The notes beneath the pieces were generated by a model that saw only the letters and a list, made by a program, of their open reading frames with translations, was not told where the DNA came from and did no database searches. DNA of 64,000 bases. Origin: an uncultured Candidatus Peribacteria bacterium (GTDB taxonomy: Bacteria > Patescibacteriota > Gracilibacteria > Peribacterales > Peribacteraceae). Both the position numbers and the translations under genes were made by a program. Below are positions 53,232 to 63,187 of this stretch, in pieces. The stretch lies in assembly GCA_964562885.1 (NCBI GenBank), contig CAZLVC010000001.1, positions 152,688-216,687 on the forward strand. The letters are read 5' to 3'. Every line of letters starts with the position of its first letter. The first letter of the stretch is position 1.

Positions 53232-55028
53232 TTAATTGAGACACATTGGTGGTCCAAATTCGGTATAGCGAAAGCCCGCATTTTCTATCGTACGACTTTC
53301 GGACCGTAATTCTGTAAGGTAAGAGACTAAATCTCGGTGCCAGTTTTCGCTGTATGGATGTCCGTCGCTATGAAAGTTGACGGTAGTCCAATAGAGCCAT
53401 TTTGGATGTTGCTCGCGCTCCATTTCACCTGCAAGCGTTCCCTGTACGCCACCACTTGCGAGGTTTGCGTGTAATAAGGTTGCTTTCTTCTTCGCGATTT
53501 CTTTATCTCGAATGTAGGCTAAGTCTGCAGTTTCGGTACTTAGACTATCGTTTCTGCCAACATCTAGCCCATGTTCAGCTCGATATTTTGTCATCGCAAT
53601 GGCGTCCTCGCTTGCACCTTTGCGCGCAATGTCATCGTCTAACCATGGTGGACCATGTGTACGGCACCAAATGTTATTGTACGTAATCCATCGCAACTGA
53701 TGAAGTGCTCTATTTGGCATTCTGCTTTGTAGTAGCCGTCGTACTAGTGGAACCATGCCAGGGTGGGTGCTTTGCATATGTGCAAGCACGGTGCCAATAC
53801 GGTTGTGTGCTTCTCTTACGCTTACCATTTTTTCGTTCTCATCTTTGTCGCTTTCCTCATCTTCAGATTTTTCTTTCGTAAATTGCGAAGCGTACTCTTC
53901 CATTGAGCGAAGTCTCTTTTTTTGTACATCATCAATATTCATCATTTTTGCTCTTGTCATCAGCTTTGTTGCCTCTTCCCAGTCTTTCATATCTATTGCG
54001 TGTCGAATTTCGATAAAGATTGGCAGCTCCTTTTCAATACTTGGCGATTCATGCAGACGATCTTCTAGTTCTTTTACATACGATAATCGCTGGCGGTAGT
54101 GTAAATCCAGAAATTTTTGTGTGGTGAGTTGAGGCAGACCTCTTGGCATTGTTTTTTCGTTTGTTGTATTAAATTTCTTCGTTGCCTGTATAAATCGTTG
54201 TTGTACCTCTCTCCAGTTTTGTATCAGGACGGAGAGGCTGTTTGAGTTTTTTCCAACGATAAAATCCTGAATGTCTTGTACGGTATTTTTTTCGTTCAAA
54301 ATCTTTTCTAGCCATTTTCCTGTTTTATATTTTGACAATACTCCTTCCGAAACCGCGTTTTCAAGGATTTGATTTGCATCTTTATAGCACTGCTCTCGTT
54401 GCTTTTTTATTGATTCGATTGCAGCTTTTGCTCTTTTGATGAGGTTTACTCGATTGTCAAAATGTAGATCGAGAAAATCTTCTTCACGCTCGGGTTTGAG
54501 AATATTTAGAGATGGATCAAGGTTAAGAATATTCTTGAATTCCTTTAACTTCAGTAATTCCTGCCTTTCATTGGCTACTTTTTCCCAGTTTTTCTTGTAT
54601 TCAGGCAATTGGTGTTCCACCCAGTATTCTCGTTGTTTATAGTTAATGGAAGGATCCTTAAAGCGCTTCATCCACTCGTGTGCAGATTTCTTGGAAATGT
54701 TTTTTTTGTTTGCTGCTTCCTGAATATGAGTAGCAAATACTTTATAGAGGTTTTTTCCTGATTCTAATCTTTGTTGATAGTCTACGTTATAGAAGTGTTC
54801 TCGTTCTGCAATTTCTTTTTCGTCGAGAGGAAATTCAAGAGCCCACTTTTTTAATTCTTCCGTTTGCGATGTTGATGCGACGCCAAGTTCCTCTAAGGTG
54901 ATACGAAAATACTCGCGATATTTTTCCTGTATCAACCTCGATCTTTCCAGAAGATCTTTGCCAGAGAAAACCCCTTCTTCATGCATAGTGTTGCGCTCTA
55001 GCTGTTGATGTTCAATAACATTTATCAT
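53232..55028 (-). CDS. Hypothetical helical repeat protein
   Basis: 598-aa ORF with three recurrences of an F-[LY]-[DN]-[LV]-[HD]-[FY]-x2-R-[LV] motif. The Trp/His-rich C-terminal domain has no recognised family. Confidence 0.7.
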   Translation of the reverse strand: MINVIEHQQLERNTMHEEGVFSGKDLLERSRLIQEKYREYFRITLEELGVASTSQTEELKKWALEFPLDEKEIAEREHFYNVDYQQRLESGKNLYKVFATHIQEAANKKNISKKSAHEWMKRFKDPSINYKQREYWVEHQLPEYKKNWEKVANERQELLKLKEFKNILNLDPSLNILKPEREEDFLDLHFDNRVNLIKRAKAAIESIKKQREQCYKDANQILENAVSEGVLSKYKTGKWLEKILNEKNTVQDIQDFIVGKNSNSLSVLIQNWREVQQRFIQATKKFNTTNEKTMPRGLPQLTTQKFLDLHYRQRLSYVKELEDRLHESPSIEKELPIFIEIRHAIDMKDWEEATKLMTRAKMMNIDDVQKKRLRSMEEYASQFTKEKSEDEESDKDENEKMVSVREAHNRIGTVLAHMQSTHPGMVPLVRRLLQSRMPNRALHQLRWITYNNIWCRTHGPPWLDDDIARKGASEDAIAMTKYRAEHGLDVGRNDSLSTETADLAYIRDKEIAKKKATLLHANLASGGVQGTLAGEMEREQHPKWLYWTTVNFHSDGHPYSENWHRDLVSYLTELRSESRTIENAGFRYTEFGPPMCLN

Positions 55029-55142
55029 AGAGAGCTTTCAGTATACATCATTTGTTTTTTTTCGTTGAATAGTACTTTTGTTCATTTGCTATTCTCTGAT
55101 AAGTAAAGAGTGTGGTACCGTGAACGTACTTACTTTCTTTTT

Positions 55143-55739
55143 ATGATTCTTTCCGATCGCGATATTAAAGCTGCTATTCAGTCTGGACGTGTAAAAATTG
55201 AATCGAATCAATCTGAACTCTTTCAGTACATTCATGCCAGTAGTATGGACTTACGGCTTGGGAATACGTTTAAAGTGTACGAACATAGTCGGTATGCAGT
55301 GCTAGACCCTAAAAATCCAAAGACCTTTGCCCAGAATATGCGCATTATTACCGTACCAGATGGTGAAGCATTTATTGTTCAGCCAGGCGAATTCATTCTT
55401 GGCGTCACACAGGAAAAAATTACCGTACCAGACGATTTAGTTGTCCGTGTCGAGGGCAGAAGTTCGTTGGGACGTCTTGGGATTATCGTTCATTCCACAG
55501 CTGGCTTTGTTGACCCTGGTTTTAGTGGAACGATTACCTTAGAAATTAGTAATCTCAATCGTTTGCCGGTTGCACTGTATCCAGGCATGCGTGTTTGCCA
55601 ACTAGCATTCGAAAAAATGTCTTCACCAGCTGAAACTCCTTATAACATGAAGCCATTTAGTAAGTATCAAGGGCAAGTATTACCAGAAGAAAGTCGCCTG
55701 AGTATTGATCCTGAATTCGTGACCTCAGCGAAAGAGTAA
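55143..55739 (+). CDS. dcd: dCTP deaminase
   Basis: MILSDRDI start, the VEGRSSLGRLG motif and a dUTPase-like fold pattern. Confidence 0.93.
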   Translation: MILSDRDIKAAIQSGRVKIESNQSELFQYIHASSMDLRLGNTFKVYEHSRYAVLDPKNPKTFAQNMRIITVPDGEAFIVQPGEFILGVTQEKITVPDDLVVRVEGRSSLGRLGIIVHSTAGFVDPGFSGTITLEISNLNRLPVALYPGMRVCQLAFEKMSSPAETPYNMKPFSKYQGQVLPEESRLSIDPEFVTSAKE

Positions 55740-55972
55740 GTAACCGTTATTTTTCAGCATACTCAATTTCTGTTTCAGTAAAATACTTCTATTTTTAGTC
55801 TTTTCTTACTTTTAAAAGTGTTAGAGCAATTGTGACGCTCTCTAAGATAGAGTTGTGAGAAACTTTTCTTTTTGACCTTTAAAAAATGAATTCATCTTCT
55901 GTTGTTAGAATTAGGAACATCAGAATCAATAAAAATTATTGTTGTAAAAAATAACAACATCAATGAAATTCC

Positions 55973-56887
55973 TTATACCATTTCTGTCATGAGTTTTGTA
56001 ATATCTACTTTTTTTACCTCTTCTACCGCTGTCGTTTTTATCTCTTTCCTTGCATCTAGTCGTTCGTAGAAGTTAGGCACTTCTTCTGTTCGATACAAAA
56101 TTCCTGTTGCAATTCTTTTCGATGTGTCGACGGCAATTTCTCGTCCTTTTTTTCTGTCACAAGAGTTATGATGTTCATCTTCTACCTTGTAGCACTTTTG
56201 CGTGAGCATTGTATGGGTTGCAAATTTGTTATAGGTAGGGCATGCCTGGAGCATATCGACAAATGCAAAGCCTCGGTGGTTCATTGCTTCTTTGAGAATG
56301 TAGGTCATTTGCTTAATGTCTCCTGAAAAACCTCGTGCCACAAAAGTTGGCTCGAGTGAAAAAATAAGATCCATCGAATTTAGCGTATGTTCGGGTATGC
56401 CATGAGGGGACGAATTCATGCTTTGTCCCTGTGGAGTGAGCGAGCTAGCCTGACCGGTTGTTAGGCCGTAGTTTCCGTTATTGTGTAGCACAAATACGAT
56501 AGGGTAATGACTCCGCACCGCATGAATGAGGTGCCCAATACCCTCCGAAAAACTTGCGCCATCCCCTCCGAATGCAAGTACGGGTACTGTAGGATTTGCA
56601 AGCTTTGCGCCTGCAGCAAATGGAATGACTCGTCCATGTAGTCCGTGAAAACGGTATCCTTGTATTTTGTCGGATGTATTACCGTGACACCCTACGTCGT
56701 AACATAGCACTACTTGATGTGGTTTAAGCCCACGCTCAACAAGTGCCATTTTTGTTGCGGTCCAAATGCCGTAGTCGCCACAACCATCGCACCACGTACA
56801 GCGATTGGGCGAGTAGTACTCCTTCATGGATTTGCCGATATCAAGAGGGATAGTCATATGCTCGGAGGAAGTGCTGTTATCTATCAA
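55973..56887 (-). CDS. 2-oxoacid:ferredoxin oxidoreductase, beta (TPP-binding) subunit
   Basis: WCDGCGDYG and GGDGASFSEG motifs. The start could instead be the internal ATG at 56857. Confidence 0.9.
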   Translation of the reverse strand: MIDNSTSSEHMTIPLDIGKSMKEYYSPNRCTWCDGCGDYGIWTATKMALVERGLKPHQVVLCYDVGCHGNTSDKIQGYRFHGLHGRVIPFAAGAKLANPTVPVLAFGGDGASFSEGIGHLIHAVRSHYPIVFVLHNNGNYGLTTGQASSLTPQGQSMNSSPHGIPEHTLNSMDLIFSLEPTFVARGFSGDIKQMTYILKEAMNHRGFAFVDMLQACPTYNKFATHTMLTQKCYKVEDEHHNSCDRKKGREIAVDTSKRIATGILYRTEEVPNFYERLDARKEIKTTAVEEVKKVDITKLMTEMV

Positions 56888-58658
56888 GAATATTCATTAT
56901 TTTTTGTTCTAGTTCATCAACAAAGAAGGGGCGACCATCGAATTTGAGAATTTTATCAGGAATTTCAATTCCTGATTCCTGGCGAATGAGCATCCCTAAT
57001 TGACCTTGGTAATTTCCTTCGACCAGAATAGTTTTTTGCACTTTGTCCATGAGCGAACGAAGGACGTTCGTGTGAAGTGGCCATAGGTACGTGTAATGAA
57101 GATATCCTATTTTTTTACCCTTCATTTCCTTTTGTAGTAGGTCCACAATCACGGATTTTGTGCTACCCCAACCGATGAGCAAAATATCAATATCTGCTTC
57201 TGTTGTTATGCTTGTTACTTTTCCGTCTTTCAGACCATAAAACGTTGGTTCAGGCAGGCCTTTTGCTAGTGCTTTTGCTTTTCGCATTCGCTTCTCCATT
57301 TGTTCTATGGCATTTATTGCACTTTCATCGACCGTTCCATCTGGTGTGTGCTCATCTCCTTGTGCAACAAATGTTGCTGCATTACTCCCTGGCAACCATC
57401 GTGGCGAAATTCCGTTTTCATTGTTTATCCGGTAACGATCGTAACTATGTAATTTTTGTAGATCTTCTTCGTTTGTGATGAGCATTCCACGGTCAATCGT
57501 CGTATTTCTTTGGTCAAATGGCGCTTGGGTATATAACCCTTCTGCAATGTGTTTATCGGTTAACACAATTACACTTATTTGGTATTTTTCGGCAATATTA
57601 AATGCCTCGCCTATTAACGAAAAAGAATCTTCGCTATTTGAAACTGATACAATACAACGTGTAAATTCTCCATGAGCTGTATGGACTGCCATTAGTAAGT
57701 CACCTTGCCCTGTCCATGTAGGTAGGCCTGTTGCGGGCCCTGGACGTTGCGCTAACACGAATACGGTGGGGTTTTCGATCATTGCATTGAGTGACAAGGT
57801 TTCGCTCATGAGGTCAAAGCCACCACCTGACGTCGCTGTTAATGCCCTTGTACCCATGTACATGGCACCCGATACCATTTGAGCAGCGGTTATTTCGTCT
57901 TCGGCTTGTTTAATGATCATTCCTGTTTCATCTTGAATGCTCGCAATATACGTGAGCAATGGTGAACTGGGTGTCATAGGGTAACCGGCATAGAAACGAA
58001 CACCGGCATGGACTGCACCAAGACCCATTGCTTTACTTCCTGTAACTAGGATATTTTTTTGAGCTTTTTTCGTGGGTGCTGGCAGTGTAATCCGTAAATT
58101 TTTTTTATCTCTATACAGTGAAAAGCCTTCGTCGATGCATAACATGTTTAGGTCTAGTAACTCTTTCTTCTTTGCAAATTTTTCTCCAACGATAATTTTA
58201 AGTGTATCAATATTCAGCCCACACATTGCCCAGATAAATGCTGTAAAAATTACGTTAGAGAGGAGGGGTTTTGCTCCCATTTTTTTTAATGATTCCTCCA
58301 GAGGTAATTCGATACAGTTTAAACTCAGCTCTTCTATCTTTTTTTTGTCTTTTTCTGTAAAATTCCAGTTTTTTGTAGCGTGAATGAAGTTTCCACCAGG
58401 CTTTACATCTGGAATATTGTGTTCTAATCCATGATGATTAAACGAGACAATGCTATTCACTTTTGTTTCGCTGCTTTCAATGGACACATTACTGATATCG
58501 AGTTGATAACTTGCGTGTCCACCTTTAATGAGGGAGGGATACTCGCGATATCCAAATACGTAGTACCCACTTCGCTTCAGCCCTTTTGCAAGAATTTCGC
58601 CAACGGAATCTATTCCTTGTCCGGATGAGCCGACAATTTTTAGTGAAATTCTTTCCAT
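56877..58658 (-). CDS. 2-oxoacid:ferredoxin oxidoreductase, fused gamma-alpha subunit
   Basis: N-terminal gamma-type domain (IVGSSGQGIDSVGEILAK) followed by an alpha-subunit core (GYPMTPSS). Confidence 0.9.
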   Translation of the reverse strand: MERISLKIVGSSGQGIDSVGEILAKGLKRSGYYVFGYREYPSLIKGGHASYQLDISNVSIESSETKVNSIVSFNHHGLEHNIPDVKPGGNFIHATKNWNFTEKDKKKIEELSLNCIELPLEESLKKMGAKPLLSNVIFTAFIWAMCGLNIDTLKIIVGEKFAKKKELLDLNMLCIDEGFSLYRDKKNLRITLPAPTKKAQKNILVTGSKAMGLGAVHAGVRFYAGYPMTPSSPLLTYIASIQDETGMIIKQAEDEITAAQMVSGAMYMGTRALTATSGGGFDLMSETLSLNAMIENPTVFVLAQRPGPATGLPTWTGQGDLLMAVHTAHGEFTRCIVSVSNSEDSFSLIGEAFNIAEKYQISVIVLTDKHIAEGLYTQAPFDQRNTTIDRGMLITNEEDLQKLHSYDRYRINNENGISPRWLPGSNAATFVAQGDEHTPDGTVDESAINAIEQMEKRMRKAKALAKGLPEPTFYGLKDGKVTSITTEADIDILLIGWGSTKSVIVDLLQKEMKGKKIGYLHYTYLWPLHTNVLRSLMDKVQKTILVEGNYQGQLGMLIRQESGIEIPDKILKFDGRPFFVDELEQKIMNILDR

Positions 58659-58668
58659 AGATCGAATG

Positions 58669-59163
58669 CTAGGTATTTTTCTGTGAGGGTAAGGTTTTGA
58701 GGACGGCTGATAATTCCTGGGCCCATGATTGAATTTTATTTATCTGATCGTAAGGATCGTTAATAATTTTCATCGTTGGGACAATGATGGTTGCATGATG
58801 TTTCTGCAGAAAATCCGTAAGATGATCTGCTGCTTTTGCGGTGAAATGATACCGGTCGTCGCCAAGGCCTATTGCTGCTGCGTAAACGCCAGATAATTGT
58901 GTGTCTACTGCTTTTTTATGGATAAATTCGTGCATGTAAGGTGAAAGTTGCCCTTCAATATTTTCGGTATTCCAACTCCCACATGCAAAAATAATCACCT
59001 GGTATTTATGCAGGTCCTCTTCGGAGGTACATTCAATTTTTTGTTTATTAATGCGTAGATCTTTTTCGTCTTTCTCTAATGCTTGTATTACAGTATCGAT
59101 CACGAATTCTGTATTGCCAGTAGCTGTGGTATAGAAAAATGCAACTGACTTCACCATGATCAC
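58669..59163 (-). CDS. Flavodoxin
   Basis: A 164-aa protein with an FMN-binding loop pattern (FFYTTATGNTE), immediately downstream of the OFOR genes. Confidence 0.82.
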   Translation of the reverse strand: MIMVKSVAFFYTTATGNTEFVIDTVIQALEKDEKDLRINKQKIECTSEEDLHKYQVIIFACGSWNTENIEGQLSPYMHEFIHKKAVDTQLSGVYAAAIGLGDDRYHFTAKAADHLTDFLQKHHATIIVPTMKIINDPYDQINKIQSWAQELSAVLKTLPSQKNT

Positions 59164-59381
59164 AGTGTAGTAGTGTCTTTGATGAAACGAAAGGTTTGTT
59201 TGTAAAAAATCATCGGTTGTCTGTCGGGCAAAAAGTAAGGAAGGTCTATGTTAGTTAGTAGGTGGCAGCTTGTAGGTTTTAGGTAACGTAAAGTAAGCCA
59301 TGTATAGATCCTGCATGGAAGCATGCATGTCCCGAGCAAAGGTCGGAGAGTTTCATGTGAATTTCTTATGTCCTTGAAGAG

Positions 59382-60218
59382 TTAAAATAGTTCACGATAC
59401 GAACAAAGTTCGATGTTCCGTTCCTTGAGTTCTTTTTTTAATTCGTCCGAAAGGAGCATGTTTAGTTCAGTTTGGCGTTGTGGGTGAACTTCAAAAGCAT
59501 CGCCAATTGCATTAGGACTCCCTGGATGTACCATTAATTCGGTCGTCCCTTCCGGTAAGCGACCAAGGATATGACGCAAGTTTCGTGCTGATGCGTTCCC
59601 TGAAAGTGCAAGACCCCGAAAGTGGTCTACAAACTTCATTCCGTGTGCAGCAAAAAGTTTTTTCGATTCCTCTGTCCATGTAATGATTGATGTAAGGTGT
59701 TGTATTTTCTCTTTTGGAATTTCAAAGCCGAATGGCGGTAATGGTTCACTTGGGATACGAACGAACGATATTCCGTAACGATCGAATATTTGCGTAAGGA
59801 TTGGCGCAATAAAAGGATGAACATGGAGATGATGGTGACTATCCGCATGTGTAGGCATGCCGTAGTGCTCAATGCACCATTCGGTTTGCGCCCTCGCCTC
59901 ACGTAAGATGTGATCTTTTTGAATTTCACCTATTGATAATTTTCGCAGCAGCGATTCGCGGTCGATGAAAAATCCATCAGGTGTCAAAAGTGAAAATACG
60001 TCGCCAGGCTTACTGATTGGTACGCCTTCCGTGAAGTTGAAGTGGATGCCAACGGGGACATTTTTTTCACGCGCGTGGCGTGCAGCAAGTGTACTACCGT
60101 ATCCATTAACCATGAGGCTGGCGCTTGTGACTGTTCCAAATGCTGTGCACAAAAAAATGCCATGACTCCGCTGTTCAGTGACTCCTAAATCGTCAGCGTT
60201 GATAATAAGCTTCCGCAT
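59382..60218 (-). CDS. ChbG/YdjC-family carbohydrate deacetylase
   Basis: LIINADDLG N-terminal motif and conserved His residues (HADSHHHLH). Confidence 0.87.
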   Translation of the reverse strand: MRKLIINADDLGVTEQRSHGIFLCTAFGTVTSASLMVNGYGSTLAARHAREKNVPVGIHFNFTEGVPISKPGDVFSLLTPDGFFIDRESLLRKLSIGEIQKDHILREARAQTEWCIEHYGMPTHADSHHHLHVHPFIAPILTQIFDRYGISFVRIPSEPLPPFGFEIPKEKIQHLTSIITWTEESKKLFAAHGMKFVDHFRGLALSGNASARNLRHILGRLPEGTTELMVHPGSPNAIGDAFEVHPQRQTELNMLLSDELKKELKERNIELCSYRELF

Positions 60219-60341
60219 TCTTTTGAAGAATATCAGTACATCGAAAATCTCATACTTGCATTTGCGAGAGTGTATGATGTGTTAATATATTGACAAGTTC
60301 ATTTATTTTATTAAAATATTATAAATTCACTTCATTGACTT

Positions 60342-60581
60342 ATGAATTCATTCAATCGCTCCAGAATACCCGAAGGACCAACAGAAGAAGAATTGCTATT
60401 AACCGCAATTCCTGCGAACTATGTCACGTTTGGGAAAGGTTTCTTGAGATCTCCTAAAGATCAACATGAATTTTTTACTGGACTTTTTAAACAACATCCT
60501 TCTGAAGGCGTAGTAGATGTGACACGGTTTGAGTATCGAGATACTCCTCCTAATCCATTCGATGACCTTTCTGATAAGTAA
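60342..60581 (+). CDS. Hypothetical small protein
   Basis: 79-aa ORF with no motif. Confidence 0.45.
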   Translation: MNSFNRSRIPEGPTEEELLLTAIPANYVTFGKGFLRSPKDQHEFFTGLFKQHPSEGVVDVTRFEYRDTPPNPFDDLSDK

Positions 60582-60601
60582 AGTTAGGTTATACTCTTCC
60601 T

Positions 60602-61279
60602 ATGCCTATTGATACACACAGAATACTTTTTGAAGATGATTGGTTTTTAGCGGTGACTAAATTAAGTGGGGAATTAGTGGTGAAGGGGAAGGGGAAGGTT
60701 GATCGACTACCTCTGCTCGATTATCTCCGCAAACAGTACCCTACGCTTCACGCACTGCATCGATTAGACTTTGAAACGTCAGGCGTCACGGTCTTTACGA
60801 AAACAAAGGGAATTCTTGAAACGGTTCTGGATACAAAATTTATGGGATGGAAAAAAAAGTACTTCGCCCTGGTTCTTGGTACACCAAAAAGAAGAAGCGG
60901 GCTCATTGAACTTGCTTTACCATCGCGTACGGATGGTGAAAAGGTTCCAGCGACTACGCACTATTCGGTTGATGAGTCTTTTATTGATGTTTCGCTTGTT
61001 GCGTGCGAAATTGAGAGCGGTAAGCGTCACCAAATACGTCGACATCTATCCATGATTGGTCATCCATTAATTCTCGACTCACTCTATGGAAACGAAAAAG
61101 CTAATAGAGCATTTGCGAAATTTTTAAAGATGAATCGGTTCTTCCTGCATGCTTCTTCCGTTTCTTTTACCCATCCCGTGACTGAAAAAGCAGTTTTTGT
61201 CGAATCTCCATTGCCAATGACATTCGAACGAGTCCTTAAGACATTTCGTGAAGCAATTAACGTACAGAAGAAGCGATAA
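60602..61279 (+). CDS. RluA-family pseudouridine synthase
   Basis: HRLDFETSGVTVF catalytic motif and the KRHQIRRH motif. Confidence 0.9.
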   Translation: MPIDTHRILFEDDWFLAVTKLSGELVVKGKGKVDRLPLLDYLRKQYPTLHALHRLDFETSGVTVFTKTKGILETVLDTKFMGWKKKYFALVLGTPKRRSGLIELALPSRTDGEKVPATTHYSVDESFIDVSLVACEIESGKRHQIRRHLSMIGHPLILDSLYGNEKANRAFAKFLKMNRFFLHASSVSFTHPVTEKAVFVESPLPMTFERVLKTFREAINVQKKR

Positions 61280-61353
61280 TTTTGCATCTTCTCTTTATTC
61301 ATTAACTTTTAGAGGATCTTTCATCCTCACTACTTCCCTAGTACACTACGTTT

Positions 61354-62319
61354 ATGCGCGTCCTTTCTGCTATGCAGCCTTCCGGCACCTTGCATGTGGG
61401 TAATTACTTTGGTTCTATGCTCCCTAACCTTACATGGGTGGGCAAGGCACAGAGCAGCCTTTATTTTATTGTCGACTTACATGCTCTTACAACAGTTCAC
61501 GATGCATCGCTTTTGCGAACATATCGTGAAGATGTTCTTTTAGACTACTTAGCTGTTGGCCTTGACCCAGAGAAGGCCATCCTCTTCTTTCAGTCAGATG
61601 TTCCAGAGCACTCCGAGCTTTCGTGGATTTTATCCACAATTACGCCGATGGGCTTACTAGAACGTGCTGTAAGTTACAAAGATAAAGTTGAAAAAGGCAT
61701 TGCTGCTTCGGTGGGGCTTTTTACGTATCCTGTCCTCATGGCTGCGGATATTTTGCTCTACGATACGAATATTGTTCCCGTTGGGAAAGATCAAAAACAG
61801 CACGTGGAAATGGCCCGTGATATTGCACTTAAATTCAATCATACTTTCGGAGATACCTTTATGATTCCGGAACCTCAAATAGAGGCAAGTGTTGCCGTTG
61901 TTCCTGGTACTGATGGTCAAAAAATGAGCAAGAGCTATGGTAATACCATTCCTCTTTTTGGTGATGAAAAAGCTATAAAGAAAGCGATAATGGGCATCAC
62001 GACTGATTCTAAGGGAATCGCAGAACCTAAAGATCCAGATACTTGCACAGTCTTTCAACTTCATAAGCTTTTTCTTTCAGAGACCGATTGTCTTGCACTT
62101 GCTGAAAAGTATCGTGCAGGAGGCATGGGTTATGGTGACGCAAAGACAATGTTATTGACTACGTATATGGATTACTTTGCTCCCATGCGAGCAAAAAGAG
62201 TTGCATTACAATCTCAGCCTGACTTTGTGCGTTCCGTTGCATACGAAGGCGCTAAAAAAGCTTCATTTATTGCGCAGAAAACAATGGAAAGAGTGAAGAA
62301 GGCAGTAGGTCTACTATAG
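61354..62319 (+). CDS. trpS: Tryptophan--tRNA ligase
   Basis: PSGTLHVGNYFG (HIGH-type), GKDQKQH and KMSKS motifs. Confidence 0.96.
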   Translation: MRVLSAMQPSGTLHVGNYFGSMLPNLTWVGKAQSSLYFIVDLHALTTVHDASLLRTYREDVLLDYLAVGLDPEKAILFFQSDVPEHSELSWILSTITPMGLLERAVSYKDKVEKGIAASVGLFTYPVLMAADILLYDTNIVPVGKDQKQHVEMARDIALKFNHTFGDTFMIPEPQIEASVAVVPGTDGQKMSKSYGNTIPLFGDEKAIKKAIMGITTDSKGIAEPKDPDTCTVFQLHKLFLSETDCLALAEKYRAGGMGYGDAKTMLLTTYMDYFAPMRAKRVALQSQPDFVRSVAYEGAKKASFIAQKTMERVKKAVGLL

Positions 62320-62427
62320 AGTATTTCATCTTCTCTATTAATTACCTCCGATAGCTGAATCAATAGTATTTTCTCCATTAATGAAAAATAATGTAAATAT
62401 TACTTTGTATTCCTTTAGCAATATCAC

Positions 62428-63132
62428 CTACTCTTGCATGAGTTCTACTATCGCCTTTTCGGCTTCTTTATAGTCGCTTTCGCCAAAGTATGTGTAACGA
62501 ATGTACCCTTGCTTATCTACGACATAGATTGCAGGCCAGTATTGATTTCCAAATACATTCCATGTTTCAAATTCGTTATCTTGTGCTATGGGGTACAGTA
62601 GTCCAAATCGCTTGATCGCATCATCGAGATTTTGTACAGACTTTTCATACGCAAATTCGGGTGTATGAATACCAATCATCTGAAAATTTTCACTGAGTCC
62701 AAATTTTTTCCATAAGCTTTTCATCGCTGGAAGTGTACGAATACAGTTGATGCATCCGTACGTCCAAAATTGAACGACCAGTACCTTTCCCCGTTGCTGA
62801 AGTACGTTGAATGGTTGTCCATTGAACCATTGTCCCAACCCCTCAAATTCTTTAGCGATACTAAGGTAAGGGAGAGGTATCGAGGTTCCCTGTTGCCAAG
62901 GTGTATTTGTTTTTGTAGTGGTTGATTTAGCTTCCCATACTGCTTTTCGTACACTGAGCGGACAACGATTCCACCACGATTGATGTTGAATGTTGTGCGC
63001 TTCACCAAGGATAATTTTTTTTTGCAACATTGATAAAAGACGCTCGCTACTGCAGTTCGTTGCTCCAAATATTTGCGTAGGAAGTACACTTATTCCAGCT
63101 AAAACTACGATGAAGCTTGCCATGATTCTCAT
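62428..63132 (-). CDS. Secreted thioredoxin-like (TlpA/redoxin family) protein
   Basis: Signal peptide from the ATG at 63132 (MRIMASFIVVLAGISVLP) and a WTYGCINC active site. Confidence 0.78.
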   Translation of the reverse strand: MRIMASFIVVLAGISVLPTQIFGATNCSSERLLSMLQKKIILGEAHNIQHQSWWNRCPLSVRKAVWEAKSTTTKTNTPWQQGTSIPLPYLSIAKEFEGLGQWFNGQPFNVLQQRGKVLVVQFWTYGCINCIRTLPAMKSLWKKFGLSENFQMIGIHTPEFAYEKSVQNLDDAIKRFGLLYPIAQDNEFETWNVFGNQYWPAIYVVDKQGYIRYTYFGESDYKEAEKAIVELMQE

Positions 63133-63187
63133 AATACTATCGTAGCTTTTGTGTGCATCGGTTACTATAGTTTTGTTTCTAAAACTC

